DNA of 64,000 nucleotides from Candidatus Omnitrophota bacterium. Lineage in GTDB: Bacteria; Omnitrophota; Gorgyraeia; B26-G9. The DNA is taken from contig JAZDHG010000016.1 of assembly GCA_043806135.1 (NCBI GenBank), forward strand, positions 42,110 through 106,109, read 5' to 3'. Positions within the stretch are counted from its first letter, which is position 1. Every line of letters begins with the position of its first letter. This document shows positions 10,467 to 19,476 of this stretch, piece by piece. Position numbers and translations under genes: made by a program. A model generated the notes under the pieces. The model did not search any database, was not told where the DNA came from, and worked only from the letters and a program-made list of their open reading frames with translations.

Positions 10467-11351
10467 ATGGAACCCAAAAAAAAACAAATATACGGGCTTA
10501 TCGGCTATCCCATCAAGCACAGCTTTTCGGCTGCAATGCACAATGCTGCTTTCACTTATTTGGGGATGAATGCAGCATATAAGCTTTTTGAAATCAATCC
10601 TCAAGAGCTGCAATATTTTTTTCACAGGATCATACCTTTAGAGGACATACATGGGGAAATTTTTTCTTATGATGATCTGCAGGGTTTTAATGTGACTATT
10701 CCGCATAAGGAAATGGTGCTTCAATTCTTAAATGAAATATCCCCTGCTGCTGCGGACATCAAAGCGGTAAATACTGTAAGCGTTCACATTGGCAGCGAAT
10801 TCAAAGGATTTAATACCGATTTTTCCGGATTTTCCCGTCATATAACCGAGCTGGATGTTAATACACATAAAGTTGCTATTATCGGAGCCGGAGGAGCGGC
10901 CAAAGCCGTAGCCTATGCTTTAAAAACAAAAAAAACTAAAGAGATCGCTATCTATGATATTGACAAACAAAAGGCAGAATCATTAACAGAATCTGTGAAT
11001 GCTTGGGATGCGGGATGTATGGCCTACACCGTAGATTCAATTGAAGAATTAAACCTTTATGATAAAACATTGCTGATCAATGCCTCACCTGTTGGGATGG
11101 GAAAAGATGATCCGCTGCTTATTACAGAACAGATGCTGCATAAAGAGCTCTTTGTATATGATCTAATTTATAATCCCGCATATACCAAACTGCTATTGCT
11201 GGCTCAGAATAAGGGATTACGCTGCCGCAATGGCCTGAAAATGCTCTTGTATCAGGGAGTCCTTGCTTTTGAGCACTGGAGCGGCATCGATGCACCGCTG
11301 GAGGTAATGTTTGAGGCGTTAAAAGGAGAGATGAATAAATGCCAGGGATAA
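10467..11351 (+). CDS. aroE: Shikimate 5-dehydrogenase
   Basis: 294 aa with YGLIGYPIKHSFSAAMHNAAF, a typical AroE N-terminus, followed by a Rossmann domain (IIGAGGAAKAVAYAL). Confidence 0.85.
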   Translation: MEPKKKQIYGLIGYPIKHSFSAAMHNAAFTYLGMNAAYKLFEINPQELQYFFHRIIPLEDIHGEIFSYDDLQGFNVTIPHKEMVLQFLNEISPAAADIKAVNTVSVHIGSEFKGFNTDFSGFSRHITELDVNTHKVAIIGAGGAAKAVAYALKTKKTKEIAIYDIDKQKAESLTESVNAWDAGCMAYTVDSIEELNLYDKTLLINASPVGMGKDDPLLITEQMLHKELFVYDLIYNPAYTKLLLLAQNKGLRCRNGLKMLLYQGVLAFEHWSGIDAPLEVMFEALKGEMNKCQG

Positions 11352-12349
11352 TAAGCAAAAGCATGATCTTTATATTCGGATCGCTCATAGGCAGTTTTCT
11401 CAACGTATGTATTTACCGCATGCCCAGATCCGGAAAAGTTGAAAAGGAGGATTTTTTAAAGGTCTCAGGCTCTGAGGAATATACGGATAAACTATGGCAC
11501 GATCTGATTGCGAGCGGTTACATTGATGAATACGGCTTTGTTGAGAGAAAATTCAAGAAACTCAAGAATAAAGAAAAAGAAACAGGATTTACGCTTGATG
11601 GCAAATACACAAATAGCAAAAAACAGATTTTTAACATACTTGATCACTCCTGTGCACTGTCTGTAGATGAGCCGAAACGTTCTTTTTGCCCGCATTGCCG
11701 CAAGCAGGTTCTTTGGTATGATAATATTCCGCTGGTAAGTTATCTGGCGCTTTCCGGTATTTGCCGTTTTTGCAAAAAGCCGATAGCTTTCCGGTATTTT
11801 TTTGTAGAGTTTCTTACTGCAGCTTTACTGGTTATTCTGCATGGAAAATTCGGATTATCCGCGCATTTTTTTATTTATGGAATTTTAAGCTGCGCTTTAG
11901 TTGCAGCAACTTTTATCGATTTTGACTTTCAAATTATCCCGGATGAAATTACTATCGGAGGATTGGGATTGGGAATTATTTTATCAATAATATTTCCCCA
12001 ATTACATCATACCTCACTGCGCATGCATGCGCTTATATACTCAATATTGGGTATGCTTGCCGGCGGCGGCAGTATATATTTGATCGGAAGGTTTGGAGAA
12101 ATAATATTCAAGAAAGAAAGTATGGGCGGAGGCGATGTTAAATTTCTGGCCATGATCGGGTCAGTTTTAGGATGGAAACTCACCTTGCTTATATTTTTTC
12201 TTGCGCCTTTTTTCGGCGCGGTAGTGGGCATTATCGCACGGCTTACCAGGGGAGCGGAAGTGATCCCTTATGGGCCTTATCTGTCTCTGGCAACTTTCCT
12301 GGTGATTTTATGGGGAAACAGGCTCCTGGCATATTTGTTTTATTTTTAA
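11339..12349 (+). CDS. pilD: Prepilin peptidase (A24 family) with an unusual ~75-aa insertion between TM1 and the CxxC zinc-binding N-terminal domain
   Basis: Motifs present: FLNVCIYRMP, CPHCRKQVLWYDNIPLVSYLALSGICRFC, a catalytic Asp in IDFDFQIIPDE, and GGGDVKFLAMIG. The start overlaps the aroE end by 13 nt. Confidence 0.8.
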   Translation: MPGIISKSMIFIFGSLIGSFLNVCIYRMPRSGKVEKEDFLKVSGSEEYTDKLWHDLIASGYIDEYGFVERKFKKLKNKEKETGFTLDGKYTNSKKQIFNILDHSCALSVDEPKRSFCPHCRKQVLWYDNIPLVSYLALSGICRFCKKPIAFRYFFVEFLTAALLVILHGKFGLSAHFFIYGILSCALVAATFIDFDFQIIPDEITIGGLGLGIILSIIFPQLHHTSLRMHALIYSILGMLAGGGSIYLIGRFGEIIFKKESMGGGDVKFLAMIGSVLGWKLTLLIFFLAPFFGAVVGIIARLTRGAEVIPYGPYLSLATFLVILWGNRLLAYLFYF

Positions 12350-12587
12350 AAACGTATTGAGTATCGAGTGCAAGACCGATGGACTTGGGTTTAAGTAAAA
12401 AGAGAATGTAATATTTAGTAAAATTTTTAAGCGATGCTAAAGACTACTTTTAAATAGCAGATAAAATGTTAATGTTAATTTTTGGAAGTAACCATGAAAA
12501 AGCGTCATCAATTGTAGGTCAAAAAAAGCATAGAAAATCTAAACGTTAATCGCTTGACGCTATACGCTAAAATCAAAGGAGTTAATC

Positions 12588-13613
12588 ATGTTGCGTTTTA
12601 TGAGTGCCGGTGAATCTCATGGGGAATGTATGATAGGTATTCTTGAGGGGCTGCCCGCGGGACTAGATATCGATATTGGATTTATTAATAAGGAACTCGC
12701 CAGACGCCAGTTTGGATACGGTCGAGGTGACAGAATGAAGATAGAAAAGGATACGATTAGAATTCTTTCTGGAGTAAAAGGCGAAAAAACTTTGGGTAGT
12801 CCGGTTGCGTTCTCAATAAAAAATAAGGATTTTAAGATTAATGTTCTGATGCCGGTAAGCGAGCCTAGGCCGGGTCATGCGGATTTGGCAGGAGCGATAA
12901 AATACGGGTTTTCTGATATACGCTGCGTTTTGGAACGGGCTTCTGCGCGGGAAACAGTTGTGCGGGTCGCTGCAGGTGCAATCTGTAAAACAATGCTGAA
13001 AGAATTCGGTGTTAGTATTACGAGTACACGGATAAGCGTCGGAGGGCAAACAAACGTAAAAGAAATAAAAGAAATAATAGATACGGCCAGGAAGCAAGGG
13101 GACAGTTTGGGAGGTGTTTTTGAAGTGCAGGCGGCAAATGTTCCTGTGGGCCTGGGCAGTTATGTGCATTATGACCGCAGGCTGGATGCGCGCTTGGGGG
13201 CAGCGCTTATGTCAATTCCGGCAATAAAAGCAGTTGAATTCGGGGCAGGATTCGCAGGCGCATCAAAACTTGGCTCTGAGGTGCATGATGCTATTTTTTA
13301 TTCAAAAGCTAAAGGCTTTTACAGAATATCGAATAATGCCGGAGGCCTTGAAGGCGGCATGAGCAACGGAGAAACCATAGTTGCCAGGTGTGCGATGAAA
13401 CCGATATCAACCTTGGGCAGCCCCCTGTCAAGCGTGCATATAAAAACAAAAAAGAAGGTTAAGGCTTCTGTTCAGCGTTCGGATATCAGTGCGGTTGAGG
13501 CTGCCGGCGTAATTGGCGAGAGCATGATGGCAATTGTTATTGCCGATGCATTTCTTGAGAGATTTGGTGCGGATGATCTGAAAATGATCAAAAAAGCTTA
13601 CAAAATGAAGTAA
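12588..13613 (+). CDS. aroC: Chorismate synthase
   Basis: 341 aa. The N-terminus MLRFMSAGESHGECMIGILEGLPAGL is a canonical AroC signature. Confidence 0.9.
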   Translation: MLRFMSAGESHGECMIGILEGLPAGLDIDIGFINKELARRQFGYGRGDRMKIEKDTIRILSGVKGEKTLGSPVAFSIKNKDFKINVLMPVSEPRPGHADLAGAIKYGFSDIRCVLERASARETVVRVAAGAICKTMLKEFGVSITSTRISVGGQTNVKEIKEIIDTARKQGDSLGGVFEVQAANVPVGLGSYVHYDRRLDARLGAALMSIPAIKAVEFGAGFAGASKLGSEVHDAIFYSKAKGFYRISNNAGGLEGGMSNGETIVARCAMKPISTLGSPLSSVHIKTKKKVKASVQRSDISAVEAAGVIGESMMAIVIADAFLERFGADDLKMIKKAYKMK

Positions 13614-13775
13614 CTTTTTTATAAAGAGCAAGGCGTTACAAAAACTGTTTTTGCTCAAACTCGTCCCGCTATCCTTGGCGGGCTCCGAGAAAATCAATTG
13701 ATTTTTAGCAGTCTGTAAAACCAATTGATTAAATCCACGAGCACAGTTGCTTATTCCGCCTAAATAAAATTTAAA

Positions 13776-14300
13776 ATGGGTACTCCTATAAAACATGAAA
13801 AAGTGAAGCTGATCACCGGGCTTATCGGAAAAGAAATTTTGTTTGATGAAGTAAAAACAAAGTTATCGCGTAAGTTCGGAGAGATCGATTTTGAAAGTAA
13901 GATCTTGGATTTTACTTACACCGATTACTATAACCAAGAAATGGGAGCGGATTTAAAACGTCAGTTTCTGTCTTTTAAACGGTTAATTTATCCAGAGCTG
14001 ATAATAGCTATAAAAAATTATACAAATACAATAGAGAGTAAATTTTTTTCTAGCAATAAAAAACGGTCGGTCAATATTGATCCTGGATATCTTAGTCTTT
14101 CGAAATTGGTACTTGCGACAACAAAAGACCATCAGCACCGGATATATTTAGGTAAAGGTATATATGCAGAGGTGACGCTGCGCTACACGAACAAAACCTT
14201 TTCCTCCTGGGAATGGACATATCCTGATTATTGCTCGAAAGAATATATTTCCATATTTAATCATCTACGTAAGGAATTATATATGGCAAAGGACAGTTAA
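13776..14300 (+). CDS. Conserved hypothetical protein (possibly DUF4416-like)
   Basis: 174-aa ORF with good coding periodicity and no recognisable catalytic motif. Its stop overlaps the start of the next ORF (ATGA). Confidence 0.5.
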   Translation: MGTPIKHEKVKLITGLIGKEILFDEVKTKLSRKFGEIDFESKILDFTYTDYYNQEMGADLKRQFLSFKRLIYPELIIAIKNYTNTIESKFFSSNKKRSVNIDPGYLSLSKLVLATTKDHQHRIYLGKGIYAEVTLRYTNKTFSSWEWTYPDYCSKEYISIFNHLRKELYMAKDS

Positions 14301-15412
14301 TGATGAATGAAGTGTCCAGTTTTTATTCCAAGACAAAAAATTTACTTTTTATTTTTAATATAGCCTTCACGCTGATTTTTCTTTTTATTATGTCTTACAG
14401 TTTTTCTCGTCTGTTGCGCAATGCTGTAACGTATCTTACCGGCAATACTGTTATTGTAATAACGATTTACTTTACGCTGTTTTACTTTCTCTATTTTTTA
14501 TTTGTTTTTATCCTGAGATATCTTGAAGGGTTTGTTCTTGAAAATCACATAAATAAAAGAAAACAGAAATTCCGGAGCTGGTTTAGAGTACTTATTAATA
14601 AGGAAATAATAACTTTTTCTCTTTTGCTTGTCAGCGTGCAAGTGATCTACTTTTTTTTGGAAACGAATGTAAATGCCTGGTGGGTACCGATGGCGGTTTT
14701 AGCTATTCTTACCCGTAATGCATGGGAACTTTTGCCTGACTGGGTGGTTCCCTATTATTCGCGGCATAAGGATCTTGAGGATAAACATCTACAGGACCGT
14801 CTTCTGAAACTTGCCAAAAAAGGGGGGGTATGGTTTTCGCGAATTTTAATCTATAAAGACAGCAGGGCAAAGGCGGTTATTTTGGGACTAAAGAAATCAA
14901 GGCGGCTTATTTTGAGCGATATGGCGCTTGATTATGCCCTTGAGGAAATAGAAGTTCTGGTGGCCATGGAAATAGCCAAGCTGCACAAAGGTTATAACTG
15001 GAAAAAAGCACTTATTGAGGCATTAGGTATGTTTATCACGTTTTTTATTGTAAGTTTCGTCTTTGTACCTGGTTGCGAAAAATTTGGTTTTGAATTTGTT
15101 TTTGATGTGCAAACATTGCCGCTATTACTAGGGTTATTTTTTGTTATTTTTATAGTTGTCTGGTTTATCTTGAATTATTTTATGCGGGACATGGCCAAAG
15201 AAAATGATGCCTATACCTTGCGCCTTTCAAAAGCACCCGAGGCATTTGTTTCTTTAATTATCCGTGATTCACAACAGAATATCCAAGGGGATAGGGCTAT
15301 TTACTTTTTTGAAAGAATGCTTTGTGCTAAAAGTCCGATTTCTCAGCGGCTGATGCTTGCTCAGGACTATGCCCAGGATATGCTTTTTGAAGACATACAT
15401 CGAAAAAATTAA
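14300..15412 (+). CDS. Polytopic membrane protein of unknown function
   Basis: 370 aa with multiple hydrophobic helices. It is translationally coupled to the upstream ORF. The segment AMEIAKLH only superficially resembles an M48 HExxH motif (the first His is missing). Confidence 0.5.
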   Translation: MMNEVSSFYSKTKNLLFIFNIAFTLIFLFIMSYSFSRLLRNAVTYLTGNTVIVITIYFTLFYFLYFLFVFILRYLEGFVLENHINKRKQKFRSWFRVLINKEIITFSLLLVSVQVIYFFLETNVNAWWVPMAVLAILTRNAWELLPDWVVPYYSRHKDLEDKHLQDRLLKLAKKGGVWFSRILIYKDSRAKAVILGLKKSRRLILSDMALDYALEEIEVLVAMEIAKLHKGYNWKKALIEALGMFITFFIVSFVFVPGCEKFGFEFVFDVQTLPLLLGLFFVIFIVVWFILNYFMRDMAKENDAYTLRLSKAPEAFVSLIIRDSQQNIQGDRAIYFFERMLCAKSPISQRLMLAQDYAQDMLFEDIHRKN

Positions 15413-15462
15413 GGGTCATTCTTAATTAAGTTGAATAGATTTTTATAAATTAATGATTTGCA

Positions 15463-15495
15463 GGTTCTTTGATCCAACTTAAACAAGAAAGAACC
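15463..15495. repeat. MITE-like palindromic hairpin repeat (GGTTCTTT...AAAGAACC), copy 1 of 4
   Basis: The same element occurs at 23958-23992, 34508-34540 and 49739-49771 with conserved flanks (CTGATTGCACCGAT). Confidence 0.6.
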
Positions 15496-15523
15496 AAAAT
15501 TGATTTAAAGACAAGGAAAGAAG

Positions 15524-15982
15524 ATGATTTTAGCCAGCGCCTGTTTGACAGGAGAAAAATGCCGTTATAACGGCGAACACTGTCTGCATCCGGTGATTGC
15601 CGAGCTTGGTAAAAAAGGAAAGATTGCGGCAGTGTGTCCGGAAGTAATGGGCGGACTTACCGTTCCCAGGCTTGCCTGCGAAATAACAGGCGCAGACGCA
15701 CAGGCAGTACTTGATTCACAGGCCAGGGTGCTCAACCTGGCCGGAGATGATATTACAGAAGCAGTACTCAGCGGCTGCCGCAAAGCACTGGATTTGGCGA
15801 AAAAAAACAATATTAAACTGGCTGTTTTAAAGGATAAAAGCGTTTGCTGCGGCGTGGATACGATATATGATGGGAGTTTTCAATCCCGGCTGGTAAAAGG
15901 CAAGGGCATCCTTGCCTTACTGCTTGAGCGCGAAGGGGTCAGAGTTGTAAACAGCGAGGAACTTATCGCTTTGCCGATTTAA
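15524..15982 (+). CDS. DUF523 family protein (YbbK-like, purine nucleoside phosphorylase-like fold)
   Basis: 152 aa with MILASACLTGEKCRYNGEHC and the conserved Cys pattern of DUF523. Confidence 0.65.
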   Translation: MILASACLTGEKCRYNGEHCLHPVIAELGKKGKIAAVCPEVMGGLTVPRLACEITGADAQAVLDSQARVLNLAGDDITEAVLSGCRKALDLAKKNNIKLAVLKDKSVCCGVDTIYDGSFQSRLVKGKGILALLLEREGVRVVNSEELIALPI

Positions 15983-16104
15983 CGGAAAATAGCGCAAAGC
16001 ATAAATAGTCGATAGTTAATAGGAAAAACTAAAAAGCCGAATATAAGCGGATATAGAGAAATGATAGCGAAAGAAAAACTAAGAAAACGTTGACATTAAT
16101 TTCT

Positions 16105-16158
16105 TGAAGTAACTATTAGTAACCAATATTAACTGTTTGTAACTGCTAGTAACCGAAA
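16105..16158. repeat. GTAAC-type repeat element (~50 bp, near-identical copy at 37968-38025) upstream of the CDF transporter gene
   Basis: GAAGTAACTATTAGTAACCAATATTAACTGTTTGTAACTGCTAGTAACC here versus GAAGCAACTATTAGTAACCCCTATTAACTGTTGGTAACTTGTAATTAGTAACC upstream of kdtA. A TTGACA hexamer lies at about 16090. Confidence 0.6.
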
Positions 16159-16162
16159 AAAT

Positions 16163-17401
16163 GTGAGTTATAACAGGACAAGATACATGAGACTTGATCT
16201 GGAAAAATTCTTAATAAAAAAAGCAAATCTTGCAAATGCCGATTTAAACGATACTGAGGTACGTACCCGCTACGGTTACCTGGAAGGCTGGGTCAGCGTT
16301 ATCCTGAATTTATTGATTTTTATCGCCAAAATGATAATGGGGATTATGACCGCAAGTATAAGCATTGTTGCTGATGCTGTGCATACTGTTTCTGATGTGG
16401 CAACTTCCGCAGTAGTGATCTGGGGATTTAATGTAGCGAAGAAACCTGCTGATGAGGAACATCCTTTCGGCCATGGACGCATGGAAAACATCGCGACATT
16501 AATAATTGCCGTTCTTTTATGCTCAATCGGAGCAGAACTTTTGCACGCGGCATTTACGCGCATATCAGAACCAAGGGAAGTTAAGGGGAATATTTTCGTT
16601 ATAATTGCGCTGATTGTAACTATAATTATCAAAGAGTGGATGGCGCGTTTTTCTTTTTCTCTAGCGAAAAAAATAAACTCTTCTACTCTTTTTGCTGATG
16701 CCTGGCATCATCGCAGTGATGCTATATCAACGCTTTTGGTGATTGCGGCGATTCTCGGATCCATGTACAAGATCTTTAACCTGGATGCTCTTTTTGGCGC
16801 TGTTGTTGCTTTGTATATTATTTATACCGGGGGGAACTTGATAAAAGAGGCAACGGTTTATCTGCTCGGGAAAGCGGCAGACAAAAAAATACAGGATGAA
16901 ATCAAGGATATCGCCCGGTCGGTTGAAGGCGTTGAAGGCGTGCATGATGTTATTGTGCATGACTATGGTGATTTTAAGGCGATATCTCTTCATGTAGAGG
17001 TCGAACCATCACTTGATTCGGTAAGCGCGCACAGAATAGCAACATCGGTTGAGGCGCATATCGCAAAACAGATCAAGTCCAGCCCGATCGTGCATATTGA
17101 CTTGAAAAAAGGGAAAAGAGAAAAATCTTCGAAAAATTTTAAACATCTTGAGAAGATCATGAAATCCTTTGAGCGGATTATAAATTTTCACGGAGTGGAG
17201 ATCCTCAGCAATGAAAGCGGAGATTTTCTGACTTTGCATATCGTGCTTTCAAAAATCATGACCATCGAAGATTCTCATGCAATCGTGCATAGTGCGCAGG
17301 GATCATTAAGCGAGCATTTCAGGAACTATAAAATCAATATGCATATTGAACCTTGCGATTCGCGCTGTGCAGCATGTTCACAGCCGTGCAAACAGCATTA
17401 A
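16163..17401 (+). CDS. Cation diffusion facilitator (CDF) family metal efflux transporter with Cys-rich C-terminal tail
   Basis: The six-TM CDF core (HTVSDVATSAVVIWG, HPFGHGRMENIA) is present, followed by a cytoplasmic C-terminal domain that ends in CDSRCAACSQPCKQH. The ORF track uses a GTG start; an in-frame ATG at 16187 is an alternative. Confidence 0.75.
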   Translation: MSYNRTRYMRLDLEKFLIKKANLANADLNDTEVRTRYGYLEGWVSVILNLLIFIAKMIMGIMTASISIVADAVHTVSDVATSAVVIWGFNVAKKPADEEHPFGHGRMENIATLIIAVLLCSIGAELLHAAFTRISEPREVKGNIFVIIALIVTIIIKEWMARFSFSLAKKINSSTLFADAWHHRSDAISTLLVIAAILGSMYKIFNLDALFGAVVALYIIYTGGNLIKEATVYLLGKAADKKIQDEIKDIARSVEGVEGVHDVIVHDYGDFKAISLHVEVEPSLDSVSAHRIATSVEAHIAKQIKSSPIVHIDLKKGKREKSSKNFKHLEKIMKSFERIINFHGVEILSNESGDFLTLHIVLSKIMTIEDSHAIVHSAQGSLSEHFRNYKINMHIEPCDSRCAACSQPCKQH

Positions 17402-17434
17402 TCGAGTAAGCTTTGGAGAGGTTGAGTTTTATAA

Positions 17435-18355
17435 ATGAAGGAAAATACAAAGTTCAAGTCAGGTTACGTGGCACTGTTAGGAAAACCGAATGTAGGCAAA
17501 TCAACGCTGCTGAATTATTTTCTGAAAGAAAAACTGTCTATAGTATCCGAGAAGCCGCAGACAACCCGCGATGCTATACTCGGTATCTTTACCCAAAGCG
17601 ATTATCAGATAATTTTTGTGGATACGCCCGGGATGCATAAGCCGAGAACGCAGCTGGGGCAGCATATGATGCATTGCGCGATCAGCGCCGGAGTTGATGC
17701 TGATATTGTTATTTTTATTATTGATGCCCTAAGCGGTATAACTGCAGCGGACAGGCATATATTCGAAATGATCAAAAGTAAAAAGGTTTTAAAAGGCTGC
17801 TGCTGGTCTGCTGTTTTAATAAACAAAATAGATACGATAAAAAAGGAAGATATCCTGCCGATCATGAAATGCTGCACTGGTTTTCCCGGATTTGACGAAT
17901 ATATTCCTGTGTCAGCACAGACAGGTGCCAACTGCGAGCAGGTTTTGGATAAAATAATAAAGACGCTGCCTTATGGGCCGGCGTATTACCCTAAGGAACA
18001 GCTTACCGATAAAAATGAGCGTTTTGTCGTCGGCGAACTTATGCGTGAGGCGGTTTTAAAATTATGCCGTGAAGAGGTTCCGCATTCAGTAGCCGTTGAA
18101 GTGGAAAACTTTACAGATAACCCAGGCAGGAAAACATTAATTCAGGCGACGGTTTTTTTAGAAAGGCAGTCACAGAAAAAAATTGTCATCGGCAAAAACG
18201 GAATAATGCTCAAAACTATCGGCACTGCCGCACGCCGGGAGATAGAAGAGTTTTTAGGCAGGCCGGTATATCTGGAATTAAGGGTTAAGATACATGACAA
18301 CTGGCGTAAGGATGCGGTTTTTTTGCGCCGGTTGGGTTATGATAAAAGTCTTTGA
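17435..18355 (+). CDS. era: GTPase Era
   Basis: 306 aa with G1 GKPNVGKSTLLN, G3 DTPG and a C-terminal KH domain. Confidence 0.88.
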   Translation: MKENTKFKSGYVALLGKPNVGKSTLLNYFLKEKLSIVSEKPQTTRDAILGIFTQSDYQIIFVDTPGMHKPRTQLGQHMMHCAISAGVDADIVIFIIDALSGITAADRHIFEMIKSKKVLKGCCWSAVLINKIDTIKKEDILPIMKCCTGFPGFDEYIPVSAQTGANCEQVLDKIIKTLPYGPAYYPKEQLTDKNERFVVGELMREAVLKLCREEVPHSVAVEVENFTDNPGRKTLIQATVFLERQSQKKIVIGKNGIMLKTIGTAARREIEEFLGRPVYLELRVKIHDNWRKDAVFLRRLGYDKSL

Positions 18356-18380
18356 GCAATATTTTCCTTGATAGTAATAT

Positions 18381-18460
18381 TGGGGTCATTCTTATTTAGG
18401 GTGGAAGAATTTTGGTAAGACAATAAGAGTGAAGGGGTTAGATAGAAACCAGAATGGCCC
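18381..18460. repeat. ~80-bp intergenic repeat (second copy at 49571-49648, ~85% identical)
   Basis: GGGTGGAAGAATTTTGGTAAGACAATAAGAGTGAAGGGGTTAGATAGAAACCAGAATGGCCC here versus GGGTGAAAGAATTTTTGTAAGACAATAAGAGTGAAGTGCTTAGATAAAAACGAGGATGGCCC at the second locus. Confidence 0.6.
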
Positions 18461-18520
18461 TAATATTGTAGACGGTAAAATATTTTTGTAAATATAAGTA
18501 CTCTTTAAGGGGGAGATGAG

Positions 18521-19450
18521 TTGAAGCTTACCCGCAGGCAATTTATTAAAATATTCGGCTCCACTGCCGTTGGAGCAGGTATAACCGGTTTTTATAATCA
18601 GACCATAATCGACGCTTTGGCCGTTGATGACGGTAAGCCTCCTGTGCTTTGGCTGCAGGGAGCAAGCTGTAACGGATGCTCTGTATCGCTTTTAAATACA
18701 GTCCATCCCAAAATTGCCGAAGTATTGCTGCATGTTGTAAGCATGCGCTATCATCAGACGTTAATGGCTGCAACCGGTAAAACAGCATTTGATGTAATTT
18801 ATGATGTGGCGGAAGAATTCAAGGGTAAATATATTTTAGTTCTTGAAGGAGGGATCCCGACCGCAGAAAACGGGGCTTACTGCACGATAGGGGAGAATTA
18901 CGGTCACCAGGTCAATCTTACGCAGGCAATAGATAAGCTGGCTCCGGATGCAGCCGGCCTTATTGCTGTGGGAACCTGTGCTGCTTTTGGAGGTATCCCC
19001 TCAGGCAAACCCAACCCGGCAAACGTCAAGGGACTCTCAGGTTATACAGGCAAGAGCATTGTTAATGTTTCCGGATGTCCTGCCCATCCTGATTGGGTAG
19101 TCGGAACATTGATACATTTGCTTCATTTCGGCGTTCCGGAGCTTGATGAACACGGCCGTCCGCTTTTGTTTTACGGAAAAAATCTTCATGAAAATTGTCC
19201 AAACTATTCTTTTTTTGCAAACGGCAAATATGCTGAAAAATTAGGCGAAGAAGGCTGTCTGGCCGCAGTGGGATGCAAAGGCCCTATGGCGTTTGCGGAT
19301 TGTCCCTTGCGTCATTGGAACAGCGGTGTTAACTGGTGCATCGGCTCAGGAACAGGATGTATTGCCTGCTGCGAACCCGGTTTTCCAGATAGCTCATCGG
19401 GTATGTATGAAAAATTACCCGATGATTTAATCCCCCGTGGAATAGTTTAA
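18521..19450 (+). CDS. [NiFe] hydrogenase small subunit, Tat-exported (group 1 periplasmic uptake type)
   Basis: Twin-arginine signal (MKLTRRQFIKIFGSTAVGAG) and the Cys clusters that bind the FeS centres (CNGCS, GTCAAFGG, CPNYS, CIGSGTGCIAC). Confidence 0.88.
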   Translation: MKLTRRQFIKIFGSTAVGAGITGFYNQTIIDALAVDDGKPPVLWLQGASCNGCSVSLLNTVHPKIAEVLLHVVSMRYHQTLMAATGKTAFDVIYDVAEEFKGKYILVLEGGIPTAENGAYCTIGENYGHQVNLTQAIDKLAPDAAGLIAVGTCAAFGGIPSGKPNPANVKGLSGYTGKSIVNVSGCPAHPDWVVGTLIHLLHFGVPELDEHGRPLLFYGKNLHENCPNYSFFANGKYAEKLGEEGCLAAVGCKGPMAFADCPLRHWNSGVNWCIGSGTGCIACCEPGFPDSSSGMYEKLPDDLIPRGIV

Positions 19451-19476
19451 TTTTTGTTAAACAGGAGCAAAATAAA

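Noticed and set aside
14300-15412. M48/STE24 metallopeptidase call for the 370-aa membrane protein
   Set aside because: The only HExxH-like segment (AMEIAKLH) lacks the first His and the downstream Glu ligand.
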